Shown here: positions 37,512 through 51,510 of the stretch, in pieces | How positions within the stretch are numbered: position 1 is the stretch's first letter | Layout of the letters: each line of letters opens with the position of its first letter | Assembly (NCBI RefSeq): GCF_000150275.1 | Contig: NW_002060960.1 | Coordinates: forward strand, 634,469-698,468 | DNA from: Trichoplax adhaerens | Lineage: Eukaryota; Animalia; Placozoa | Reading direction: 5' to 3' | DNA: 64,000 bases | Translations under genes and position numbers: made by a program | Notes under the pieces: model-generated | The model's database searches: none | Told to the model about the DNA's origin: nothing | The model's input: the letters and a program-made list of their open reading frames with translations, nothing else

Positions 37512-40500
37512 TAAAATCTCTTACAGCGCTTAAGCCAATATTTGCTCATGTTACTATTCCTTCATTATGATTAGCACTAATTTCAGAGTTTAGCTGCTGT
37601 TCAAACTTATCATTGACTGATTTTTCTTGTTTCTAATTCATGCTTAGCATCGACTTATGCATTTAAATATCAGTTTATAAGCTGTCATTTTTTTTGGCAT
37701 ATGAATTATATCAATGATGACATCGAAGAAAGCTTATACGTTTTAATTTACAGCAGCTGATTATAGACTGATATCTTGTCATCGGTACGGAAATAGATAT
37801 CGTTTATTTTCATTTTCGGAAACTTTTGTTCGTTATTTCCTCATTTAAATCTTTCTATCTCTTAATCTATAACTGCATCAATCTCAAGACTTTGTTCAGA
37901 ATGCAGCTCATAAGTAACCCTAGTTCATCTGTGATATGCATAATTGAATTTTCCCTTTTCGAACATTTATCTAAACATTATGTAAGCTATCTTTAGCTAT
38001 TGTACGAGCTCTCGTAGCTTTATATTTTTTTATTTTATCATATTGAAGGAACTCAAGACATACATAGAAAAGATGTATAATATCTACTTCCCGGAATAAT
38101 GTGCAGCTAAGTTTGTGATAATATCAAGTACATTGTTCAGCCATTTGAATTAATCATCATGCTATATCTAGCTCATGATGGAATGCTAGAATCGTACTAG
38201 AGGTATGGATCTTGTATTTGAATAATTCCTTATTACGAAAAAGGTAGAACTTATCATGATGCAATGATTTCAGATCGACAAAGCTCTTCATTCCGTTGAT
38301 TCACGTTGCAAAATAGAGCTGAAATTGTTCTAGATAGAGAAATATTTTTTTCTTCTAAGGTATATAGAATACTAAGGCTATAAAATGTGGCAAAATATAT
38401 CAATTAGAGTTAATTATATGGCACAGTACTCTGTTTTTCGCTGTACATCATAGAAGAGGCACTTTTTTCATTCCATCTTTATGAATTACGAAAGTGACAG
38501 AGACGATAGCAATTGCTATTTATAGTATTTAGATGTGCTTTTATTATTATGTTATTGATCTATTCTAATATTTTTTCTTTATAACTGCATCGTGATTCAT
38601 TATATTGTTATTATCAATGCTATAGAAAATCTTGTATTTACTGTGACTAAAATGAAAGTGTCTTAATTTATGTCTCTCACAATTTCATCCTTTAATAATG
38701 ATTATTAATCGATTTGCTTATCTATGCTCTTATATACTCCCGCCTTATATAATTAGATTATTAAAACATGAAATTACGTAAATACTCCTTAAATCGAGAA
38801 TAGTGCCAAAATTTAATGGTTAGTTTAAGATGGAATATGATTGCTAATTTAGTGTGTTGTTGCATATTGAAGAGATTGTTTATGCATCTTAGATTTGGTT
38901 TACATGTTTTAAATCTTTATTGACACTTTGTTTATCTTGGCTTGGACTGGATTCGCTTATTAAAAATCAACGTTTAGGAATTGTTTATCATTTCTTTCAT
39001 TTTGAATTTATTTAGCAAGATTGATCATGCAATTTTCCAAATTATTGTTTTCTATTCTAAATCGATGGATCATCATGTTATGAATATTATGGCAATATAA
39101 AAAATGCTGAAAGAACACTTATAATCTGATTAATAATAAATAAAAATGACGATTCTATTGCTATCATTTATTCGTTAATCGTCATGACAAGTAATTATAA
39201 CTTAATTCATGGCTGTATTATCGAATGAAATACTTTTATTTGCAGCTTTGATTTTCATGCACTATTATGTATTGGTGCATTCTCAACTTTGATCTATTAA
39301 AAATTCTCGTACTAAGGTCTACATAAGTTGAATGCCAACTTAACAACGGCTGCAATAGTGAAATTAAATTGTTATTTTATGCTTGTTTTTATTTAAACGA
39401 GTTATCAAAATAGGTTTATCTTATCGATCTTTCAGAGTTTTCAAATTTCTTCCACTACGATTTTTATGTTCTAAAGTAGTAATCATGAACAGTGTTCCAT
39501 GTTGTTATTGCGTTTGATCCGTAGAAATAGTATATTTGGTATTTTAATTAAACTCATATATACCATCGATTTATATCAGGATTACCAGCTATTGCTTCTG
39601 TTAAAACTATAGATTTAATATCTTGAAAATTTTAACCATAATTGAATTATGCAAATTTATTTATCTCGTGTTGTAAAGATATTGAAATGTAACGTTCTTA
39701 TTATCAATATTGTCATTATCATCTTCCTTATCGTCGAATATTTATAGATATAGCAACTTAATTGCTAGTTATCAATTCAATATGATGTTCTTTATTCAGC
39801 ATTGATACGCAATACACAATTCTACTTATTATCATGATTGCAAAGTATTGTTCATATTATGCAATAATTTAGCAGCGATTGCATATACACAATATGTTTC
39901 AAGTTTGCCTTGACGTAATGGCATAAAGGTCATGGCTGCGTATTACCAGTCCCTTTAGATCTATTATATTTATTACTATGTAATTGGAGGTAATAATAAA
40001 ACAAAAACGTTGATCGTCAGTATGATTAAATGGTAGTAAATGTTAGTATATTCGCATGTATAGATTTTTGGCTATTACAAGGAAGAATTGAATAAGATAT
40101 CATTTATATAACTCTGATATTATAGCTAATATGGATAATATATTATCTTCCTTGGTAGTCACGCATGGGTGGTTTACGTATTATTATAAGCGTTGATCAT
40201 TATTCTCCCAATTTTTATATTATTAAACCAATCTGACATAAGATGAATTGCAGCACATACAGATCATTAGCATGAAGGATGGAACGAAATTTTATCTAGA
40301 AGATGCTACCCTTATTTTTTTAAAATAACTATCGGGTTAGGTAATATAAGGTTACTGACGCCTGTCTACAATTTTTTACCTTAATCCATTGTGAAACAAA
40401 ACTACGGCTATTCATGCGTGCCCTTTTATAGGAATCATTAATTTCTGCATAGCTATAACTCTGGATAAGTTTTATAATGCTACGAATTATTACCAACTCT

Positions 40501-43500
40501 ATCGATAAGTAATCGAGAAAAGTTAGCCATTTTACGCCCGGTAAATAATGAATATCGGCTACATAACTTTGGAAAATATCGCTATCATTTTAGTTACTGC
40601 ACATTTATGTAGAGCATGCAGGGAATTATTTCTACCGAGATTGTAATATTTGCAATTGCTTAGTGCAAATATATAATATGTAAATGATGACTGAAAATCA
40701 AAAATATAAAAGGGATAAATTTGGTAGACTGTTCGATAGTGAAATATGAATGATTATAATTTTTCATAAAATTAGGTGCGCTCTTGTGATTAAGATTAAT
40801 ACTTTTTTAAAACAATGAGTAAGCATGCTGATTTAACTATTTCGGTGATTTTATTAAATACCAGTTACGCTTGATAAAATATTCATCTACCATAAACAAG
40901 GATTTAAGTAACATAGAAAAAATTAAATAGAAATTAATTAAATAGCATATAGGACATAATGAACACTTATTCATCCCTAGCATCAATAATTTTCTTTTAT
41001 ATAAGTTGAAGAATGTTATTTCTTATTTCGTTCGATGGAATTACAAGTAACGAGTTTGTTTCGCTGTCGATTGATTAAAAATAAAATGTAGTATTTCAGC
41101 TATTTTTCTTACCTATATTATAAATTTCATTCTATCTGCGTGACGTTTGCACATTGCACCACCAAAAATTGTAATAGCGTTACATTAGAATTGAATTTAT
41201 CGATAGCAGTAAATATTAATTGAATCTAAAGTTGAAATGATGACTTTGTGTCTATTCTATACTAAATTCTTGTCGTAACATTCGAAGAATAATATTAGAC
41301 TTTTTTTGTCCTCTATCGATTACTTGATGTTAATAATAATTTCATTTGATAGTCCATAGTGTGCAATTGATCCAATGAGTTTACTCTAGCAATTGAAATC
41401 CATCGCTATTATCAAGAAGAACTTTAAGATATTTGTAGAATCGAAGAGACGGGAACAAAAGTGAAAGTCCTGTCCTTCAGTTGTAATTGTCATAAACAGA
41501 ACTACAATAACAATTTATAAGATAGAGATCAGAGTAGGTGCTGTAGATAATTACTGTAGTATGATTCAATAGAATCGATTTCCATTGGAGTTGTTTGACT
41601 TAGAGTTGGAAAAATTCGTGTTGACGTTCAAGCTTGACGATACTTGCTGGTAGAAAATGTATCTGTAAATTGTCAAATAAGTTTTAATCAGAGCTAGGTT
41701 AGGATTACATGGTTTATTAATTGGTCAAGTACTGATGAGTATCTCTAAATCTAGTTCCTAGCTCTAGTTTATTATCATCATAATGCTTGCTTTGCACCAG
41801 CTTAAAACTACGCTTTTAATACTTTTCTGGAAGAAAAATGGGCTATAGACTGGTATAAAGATAATTATAAAAATCTCGGTAATAGAATACAACTTATTTT
41901 AAAACTAGTCTTCAGTTCTAATTTCGGATTCTTTACTGATTATTATTTGGCTACATACTACTAAATTAACTTTGTGTCGTCCCACACATTTTAGAGTTAA
42001 ATCATCAGTAATCGAGCGTCATTTCTTGTAACGGCTCAATAATCCTATTATGATATTAATAATAAATTACTGTAATAATCATGTAGCTAATTAAATGAAA
42101 TAGGCTTTAAAAGTAGTTTCGGTTCTACCACTCTCTCATCATAGCACGATTTGGCGAGAGAAGCATTTCAAAGATGATATATTTGCGGTTTAATACTTGT
42201 GCAATTGATTACTACATAAAATGATTGCAATAAGGATTGGCTTTTAGTTTTACTTCTTTTCATTATAGAACGACTTGATAATATATAGCTATCATAAGTA
42301 AATTGATACTTAGGATGATTTTATAGCGTATTCTTTATTCAAGTTGCATTACTTGTTATTTCTTATCCTAAATTCGATCAAATCATTTGTAAAAATGCCT
42401 TATAGTGGCAAAGATTGCCTTACTTAAATAATTGTTTATTACAATTAATTTTCGAATCTAGAGCATTTTTCAATAGAATATCAATTAACGATAATAGCTA
42501 ATGAATATTAAATTAATGCGGTTCAGTGATTACATAATCGACCGTACACTTTAATTAAAAATTAATATAACTAAATCAGATTTTTGAATAAAGTTTTATT
42601 TCAAATTAGCTTTCGATCTTAAATTGTTTTCGTTTAATTAGCATTGCTTTTAACGATAACAGGTAATTACGATAATAATTTATGAGGTTCGGTGATCGCG
42701 TAATTACTGACACATTAGACTAAAATGGTTTTTATAATAATCAAAAATCTATTAAATTGCATCTATTACAACAATTAATCACTGCAATAAAGATCTTTTT
42801 CATGGAATAAAGTTTATTTTGGAAATCATTTACGGTAATAGTTTATTTTCATCATAATATTTATGATTGAAAGCAAGCGATGATAATTTAAATGAATCAA
42901 GGACTCTATAATTGCTTATGTCTTTATTATATACGCTTCTTATTTTGAAAAAGTAATGATTTAGTGATCCGATCACTACGATAAAGACTACATTGCTTGA
43001 TGAGAGTCTATTTGAGATCACTTTAACAAAGTTAGTTATCAATTTCAAAAAATTGAATGAAATTATGTTCGAGTAATTTGTCATATGAGAATACTAAACA
43101 AGAATCATGAAAACTAATTTATTTATTGCATAATGATAATTCATCATCGTAATAACGATCACGATAGTTTAGCAGAGTCTACATTGATATTCCTTTTCAA
43201 TTTAATTCAGTTCGCTTTCTTCTTTTTCTTTACCTATATCTGTGTGCACACTAAATAGATTCTGACTGTCCTTCAAATGTTACGTCGAATAAAAGTCATA
43301 TTTCTTATGCAGTGTTTGTGATATTTGTACCCTGAGACTCTATAAGCTGAGTATTACATTCTAGTTTTGTTTTCTTTCTACGCTTTCTCCATGTATATTT
43401 CTTTAAACTATTTCTACTCTAATTTTGGCATGAATAAAAGTACTATCGCTCTCCATATTGCTGGTAACTACCCCATATTTCAGAAAATATTACTGTTGCT

Positions 43501-46500
43501 TCTCTAACTATATACTATTCATAATCACAAAATATCTTGAATAATACAAGTTCTTTTATTACTGATTCTGTATCCGATTAACTTACTAGTAAGGTAAAAG
43601 CTCTGGTAGACAAAGTTTTTTACAACATCTTAACAACAATTTTATAATCTCGAGATCCTAAATAATACCCGTGACATCTGTCGTCACTTGTGCGACTTCA
43701 GTTTGCGATACCTGAAACTAAAGTAATCTATTTATCTTAACGTAGATGTAACTATTATGAATATTTTTAATATTGCCAATTTATAAGTGTATTTAAAGTT
43801 TTATCTAGCTTTACTCTCACATAATATGTTAGCGACACTAAGTACGATTATAATCTGTCTACCAGCTTTACCGGGTCAACATTCTTCGAAATGCTTTAAC
43901 TGTATCGAAATATTGTAGTGTTGCAAGCTAAAAGGCATTATAATACCAATATTAAACGTATTTAGATTTAATACAAACATTATGAATTTTAATTCAAGTA
44001 TATATCCCTTAAAATATTTTTAGCTATTTTAGTTATCATCTTTTGCTATATATGTTAGTGAATACTACACTTAAATTCAGTTTTGTAATGTTGAGAGCGA
44101 CTTCAAGATAGTTTATGTAATGCAGTGTGAAACAATAACTCGTTGTGTTGATTTTGTTATTGAACATATTCGCTAATTTCAAGTATTTCGATATTTATGA
44201 AGATCCGGATGAATGGGTTATATTAGTGCTCCTGCTGTTTTAGAAAGTGGTATCATTTACTTTTGGAAATAATATAAAAAGTGACCATATACTAGTATAT
44301 TCAAACAATAAATATTTAATACAGCATTGATGTAGTTGTTACTCCTACTATACGATAACTTCGAGCTTTAAAACAACGAAATTATCTCAAAAAATGTACT
44401 TGATCTGAGTTGCCTAAACTATTTTATTAGTAATTTTTGAAAATGGCCATAATATCGGCTAAATTATGGATTCCATTGTACACTTTGATTGCATTCCATA
44501 GCGTACTCTATTCTCACGAGGATCTTATTGAAATATCTGCAAACTACCGATACGTCAATAAATTCAATAATTTATTTCTGGATTTTCTCATCCTCAACGC
44601 TAAAAAGTAAATGATCTAGGAATCGAAAATAATAACTTAGGTGTTTACTTAGAGGTGATTTAGGCACATTTTCTTGGTATTGTACCATATATTACTGTAT
44701 ATAGTATTTACACTTGCAGATAAAATTTTAATAGATTGTCCAGTAGAACAACCAAAATTTTTATTTCACTATGTATCACCTATTTCTACGATATCAAGAT
44801 TGGTCTGACTTATAAAGAGACATAGTAATTTTATTTAAAGAAAAGGTGTAATGCTGTTAGATCAACCAAATTTCATTAATCGTAAGATTCAGGCTAAATT
44901 TGAATAGTTAAACTATAATGATTAATAGCAGATTTTGGATAGTAACTATAATACATAGGCGTATTTTAAGGGATACATTTAATTATAGGTACGTCACAAT
45001 TTCACTTCTGCGACAAGGTAACGTACAGTAAAAGTCTATAAGTAGCTACTGACTTGAATGCCCTTTTACTTAACGTTAAACACACACAGCAAAAGACTGT
45101 AAAGATGAAACTTTTATTAGCAAAGATACATCTACAACTTCTAACCACACTTCTCAACTCAAATGTTCCCGTTTATATAGGAACGGTCTAATTTGTAAAT
45201 AACAACAGTATTATTATCATACCTTACTAGGAGAAACATTTCGAACTGAGATGTTCCTTACATAGCTTTTCTATCAGTAAATATTTTTGAATCTCTTACT
45301 CATACTTGATCTTAATTTAAGCTCGTAGGTTGTCTAATTTAACTATTATCAACTAGAACTTGAATCAGCTTACTGCTATCTGTCACATAATAACAATCAA
45401 TATCAAATATGTAATGAACTATTACAAACAATATCCACGTTAAGGCAGTACTTATCTTACCTAGCACTACAAATATGGATATTCTCCATACTAGCCACTA
45501 CTGTAATTATTAAACTATCCTAATGACAAGCCAACACCGTAACAAGGTATTAAAAGGAAAATGTCTATATCGATGCAACATTTACAAATCATTTCAATGT
45601 CAAATACGATATTTAATTTCAGCTACTATGTCATCGCATCTAATAGATTGTCTTAAAGCGACTCTTCCTTTAAGATTTTCGTAATTAAAATATCTGGATG
45701 ATTGAGAGATTAATCCGTTTAATAAATAACGTCAGCCATATCAAGCTATGTAATTGTACGATATTTAGTAATTATAATTTATAAATAAGATTTCGTTGTG
45801 ACCCTCGGAAAACATCTGACAGGTTATTATAGTATCATTTACACCATGAGCAACCTCCGTTACGGGATTAAACGAATGACATTATCCAAGTATACAGCAA
45901 GTTACTAGAATTCTCTTATGCTATGAAAAAATAGCATTTGAGAAGATGATAAATGGTAAACTAACTGTAATTAGGCGGTATTTAGTTTGCTAATATTACA
46001 TCAGGAGGAGATTCGTAATAAGATGAAAATCGGTATGATAAATTAAAATTCTTATATTATGCCAATGTGAATGCCCGTTTATTTTCCGGTAACCATACTT
46101 CACTGCTAATACCGTACAACATTTAGTGCTAAATAATATTCGATAGCTTGCAAAAAAAGATAATTTGAATATGAAGAATGTTAGCAGAGTGCTATTTCTT
46201 TTATAGAATCGTATCTTAAAGGTTAAGTAAATTATTGACTAAATTGAGTCAGAGCCGATACAAATAAATGCAACACTCATTATTGCCTAGCTTCTTGAAG
46301 AAAATTCGATTAATGGAGGGTGAACCTTATAGTCAGAGAATTACCTCAAACGAAGAATAGATTAGAGGCTAAGGTACTACTAAAATTGGGTTAGGTTTAT
46401 GAAGTATAATAGATGGTTGGGTTGAGGAAAATGCGTAAAAGTATTACTTGGATTTCAAAAGCGATATCATAACTCAGACCTCAATAGTACCTTTTTTAAA

Positions 46501-49500
46501 ATTCTAAATTGTTAGCTCTATCTCTCTATGTGATGAGCTTGTTTTTCCACTTTCTTAATTACTGCAAAACTCACTAGACTTGAAATAATTAGAATTTCTG
46601 ATATTATTATGATAGAGTCAAGAAGTTATATACAAGAAAAGTCTGAGCTATAGACAATTGGCTTCTTTACGGTTAGATTTCTTATTCCTGGGATGTATTA
46701 TTTTTCATTCTGTCTCCTTATGTTTTCTTCCTTAAGGCTTCCCTAATACTATCGAGTCATAAAGTCTTTCAATTACCTTAATAATTAACGACCATTTATT
46801 TGAACGTATCTTGAACAGACAAAGGTCTGTCAAATCTCATATAACCGTTATTTCACCATTATATAACCTGTACTTAAAATGTCATCGGCTGTTTTGTGCT
46901 TCTTAGCATCCTGTATAATAAAGAGATCCTTTTTAGCAAGGTTATTGAATATAATTATTTCAGAGTTACCCTAGGGTGTATTTAGATTTCTATTGATATT
47001 TCCTTTTCTATTACCGGTATGCCATCGTTGTAGTAATGAAGCAAAATTTCATTACTAATTGGTTTCTCTTGAAAAAGTTAAACTTCTATAAAAGGCTACA
47101 TTACTACTAGCCAACGGTCAGTTTTGTCCACTCCGACATCGACCTACTGTAAAACTCTAAATACTGACAATCTCCGATCAGCAAGAGGAACAGTAGCACA
47201 ACTAATCTCTCTTAAACAAAATTAAACCCAAACTTTATTTAAAGTAAGCCAATTTATATTCAAAAACTCACGAACATTAGTTATCAGTACATAGATAATA
47301 TTATAAAACTATGCTATAATCTATTTAAAAAAGGAAAAAAATTGCGGCTAAATTAACATCGGCACATTCCTAGAAATTAAGCCTTTGAAACTATGTTACA
47401 GTGCCTATACAGAAGTTACTACGTAATAGATAGGATGCTACATTGGATGATAAAATATTTAAGAGAATTTTCTGCTGACAGTGTAGGATTTTTCCAATAT
47501 CTCAATTGTCATAGATCTAATAGATAAGAAACGAACTCTATTTTGACGTATATCTGCATTCTTTTGCAAGAACAGACAGAAAATGTCAATTGAATTAGGA
47601 GTAAACAAGTGATAATTTTCGGTGCATCATCAGATTAACGTAATTATTTGAAGAAATAAAGTAGATTATCTATACCGTTCTTCATATTAATTTCCATCAT
47701 GTTATCAGTTCATGCTTAATGAAAATAGAAATCTATACCAGTCTGCTGTATTATACAACATTCAAATTAAGATATTTCTGTGGACGTTAAATTAAACTGC
47801 AAGAGCTAAAAATTATTAATCTTCGTTAGACATTAATGAGCCAAGTATGTACGAACTGAAGTAATCATAGCAAAAATAGCGAATGCAACCTAGATAATAA
47901 CGTTATTAACAATGACCTAGCACAAAAGGAAGGGTACGCTAATGAGTTTCAGTATATTTTCATATATTTTTATAAAAGCGGAACTAAACTTATGAGCGGA
48001 GGAATAGGATATAAAACCTAATTAAAAGCTAAACTAATTTATAGCAATAATCATTGCCAGAAATGTTCATTAAACGTAGTCTCACTGATTAAAATTACAC
48101 AGCCTTCATCTATCATATATCCTATGCAATTAAATTGCAGTTGCTATATGTTGTCATTAAAAAATAAAATACAGTGTTGCGGAAATTATTTCTATTAGTG
48201 ATACAAAGTTTGGACGTTGGCCAACGAAAATCAGTGAAGCCTGTAAAATCCTAGTCTACCCAAAGCCGACAAGTCATAGTATAAAATAGCTTTTATTGAT
48301 TAGTTAATAAAAATTATTCATGATAAATTATCGCTGATACGAAGGTAAATATATTATGTCCAATTATCAAGAAAATAAATTTTCTTTACGTGCAAATTAT
48401 TTTCACCTTACGTTTGACATATGCTTTTATACTCGTCAAGTTTACAGTCTCCCTAACTATATGTAGCTTTAATGCACAACAGTTGTGTCATGGAGTGATT
48501 TCCTTGATACTGTAATGATTTTATTTACCATTAGTTGCTAATTAATAGTATCAAAAACCATATAAAGCTGAACAGTAATTTAGCAGTTCAGTTCCACAGT
48601 AGCTGCTGCACAGAGAAGTACCCACCTTAGCCTAACAAAATTAATTTACTATTTCTACTAAAACTGCTTTATACTTGTGTGGTTGTATCTTACTGTAGAT
48701 CTCCATCAGTGAATGGGAAATATAACTATTCTAGTAGACTAGTATCGCTCACGTTACAAAAAAAAGTTTGTTAAAGAAATTGTGACAAATTGATACGTAA
48801 GCAATCCTTAATTTAGGATTAGGTAGATTCAAACAGTAATGCCAACTACATTAATCAGATTGTGTCGATCACCTCGGGCGAGTTTAAGATTGAATGTATA
48901 GCTTCTAAGTTTATATGAAATATCTCTGCAGGAAAGCCTAATATATATTTGTTAAACAGCGATAAGGAATTGGAGCTGTAAATTTAATAGGAATAGACTG
49001 TATTCTTACAATGGAGATATTTTTAGTGCATTAATTTGGCTAATTTTTAAAGGACAAGGTAGCCTACATGATTAAGCTGGTTTTAAATCCCTTTATTTAT
49101 GTTAATTGTAGCCTGCTAATAATAAATTAGATTGCGATTTTTTTGCTAGATTGCAGGCCTCATAGCTATAAGTCTTAATTATATTTACATTCGAAACATC
49201 GAGTGATTAGTATTTCAATTTATAATAATGCGAATCCAAAAATGTACTCTCAACCTATGCCACAAGTTAGGACTATTCTTAGCCTGTACTACCTATATTC
49301 TCATATAATATCAATAATTAAAAATTGAAGCAGGCACTTTCATTTTTATAATAAATTTGAAGGGTGATACTGGTGTATTCTCTATTTCATTTGAAATGTT
49401 CAATTTTCCTAAGAATGACAATTTTTTACGCATTGAGGTCATGACTTCTTTCTCCTGTCATATGATAATTTAAAGAGGCAATCAATATAGCTTAGGAAGA

Positions 49501-50949
49501 TAGCCTTGACAGCACGTTACTATTTCTGTCAGTTACATAAGTCTGGGTAGCTGTAGATCATAGAGATGGGGGCTGTTAAAATCCGGTATACGGAATGAAT
49601 GTAATAAAGTAGGCGTGTAAAATAGCAGATACTATTAAATACAGTGATGATATCATGATTACGTTACAGGGATTGTCTGAAATGATGAGATCTGGTATTC
49701 AGAAATAATATCATTACAAATCGATATAAATACAAATAATTACACTTGATAACGAATGATTTTATCTGATTTTGTTTCAATTTGAAGTTCTGACCATAAT
49801 AAAAAAAATACTCCATAAATTGAGAACGAATTAGACTTCATGGAGCGTGTACATTAAAAGTTGCAATTACTGCAGTTAACGGATATAATATTGTGGAGGA
49901 TCAATTCTGATAGCTTCCAATGTGTATAATTTGATCTTGGCAGCTAAAATTGTTATTTAGAATAAGGAGTGTAAGTTTCAATTTTAACTTCATATTGTAT
50001 CAATCGGGAAGTTGGATTCTTGCCTTATTATTAAGAGTTCTGAAAATAGTTGTCATTACGAGAATTGAAGAATTATTAATTATCAGGATTAATTTTAATT
50101 CACAGAAATTCTTTCTAGAAATGCATAATTGAAGTGACGCTCAGGAAATCGATTTTAAGACCGGAATCAGAGCATTCATTTACTATTCTTCAATATTATA
50201 ATCATGCCCCAGTATTTATATAGTCATTTATTTATTTAATCAAACGAATTTAACTCCATGCTAGGTCTTAGAACAGCTGGCACTTGTGCTAATTTGTAAT
50301 TTACTATCTATAATGTTAATAAGAATATTGTTATGGTAAGATTAATGACAAAAATAATACTATTTTTTATAATCTAAGTAACCATAATATTATTTGTATA
50401 TTTAGTTATATATGATGCACGTGATCTGATAATATTTCCATCTTAAGAAAATAGGGAAGAGGGATAATTTGGGAGTCAGTTGTTAACAAATTCATTATAG
50501 AAGAATAAAAGCTAAAAATACGGAGATTTATCCGCTAGCACCCGGAATTAAATGAAGTTCTGGACATTTAATTAAAATGGTAAAGCTTGGCCTTGTGGAA
50601 ATTAATGACGTCTGAAGGTCTGTACAATTGAGAATTCATATATTGTATTAAAAGTATCGCTACAATGTATATTACATTCTATTTTGCTTGCTTTAATAAT
50701 AAAATAAATCGATATTATGTTAAAATTCGGATGGTAATAAATATAAAGGAGAGTCAATCAATCAAGCTATGCACAATATATACCGTATGCACAATTTTAG
50801 CTTAAATCTAAAATTATCTCCTTTATAACATGCTGTATATTAGAATGATTGCATTCATGGTTTTATTTTAGATTTAATCGTTAAGATTCTTCTTGCTAGG
50901 CTGAAAATGATCCTAATGATAACCATTGTGGCAGTCTTCAAGGCAATTG

Positions 50950-51510
50950 AAATTTGAATTCGTGCTATTTAATGATACTTATATTGAGGCAGAAGAATTT
51001 TTTCACTGTTCAGACAAATTTTGGGTAGTTTCAAATTAATCTAGAAAGGTTGAATTGATTCATAGTGCCATGAAAATCTATCTTGATATTGGCAATTTAA
51101 TTGATATTGAAACTGCTGAAGTTAGTAAACTCAACTTAATGCAGATCCGAAGAAAATATATCGTCTAGAAGACTGACAAATGTTGAAAGGGCAACTGAAT
51201 GTTAAAATACTACAATTCATAAGGTAACTAAAATTTAAATTCGTACAGTTTAATGATACTTATATTGATACAGATGAATTTTTATTCCGTTAAACCAAAT
51301 ATTTGATAATTCAAGATAATCTTCAAAGATTTCATTGATTAATTTTCAACATTGATTCATAATAGCATGATAAGCTATTTTGATATTAGTAATTTAATTA
51401 TTATTGCAATTGGTAATATGACTACTGAAGTTAGTAAATTCAACTCAATACAGATCTAAAGAGGTTATATCATATTGAAGACTCGTAGACGTTGTGAGGG
51501 CAGCAGAATG
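50950..51510. repeat. Degenerate ~280-bp tandem duplication
   Basis: aaattt.aattcgt...tttaatgatacttatattga...ttgatatt.g.aatttaatt...ctgaagttagtaaa.tcaact...gggca.c.gaatg occurs at about 50950-51201 and 51231-51510. Confidence 0.8.
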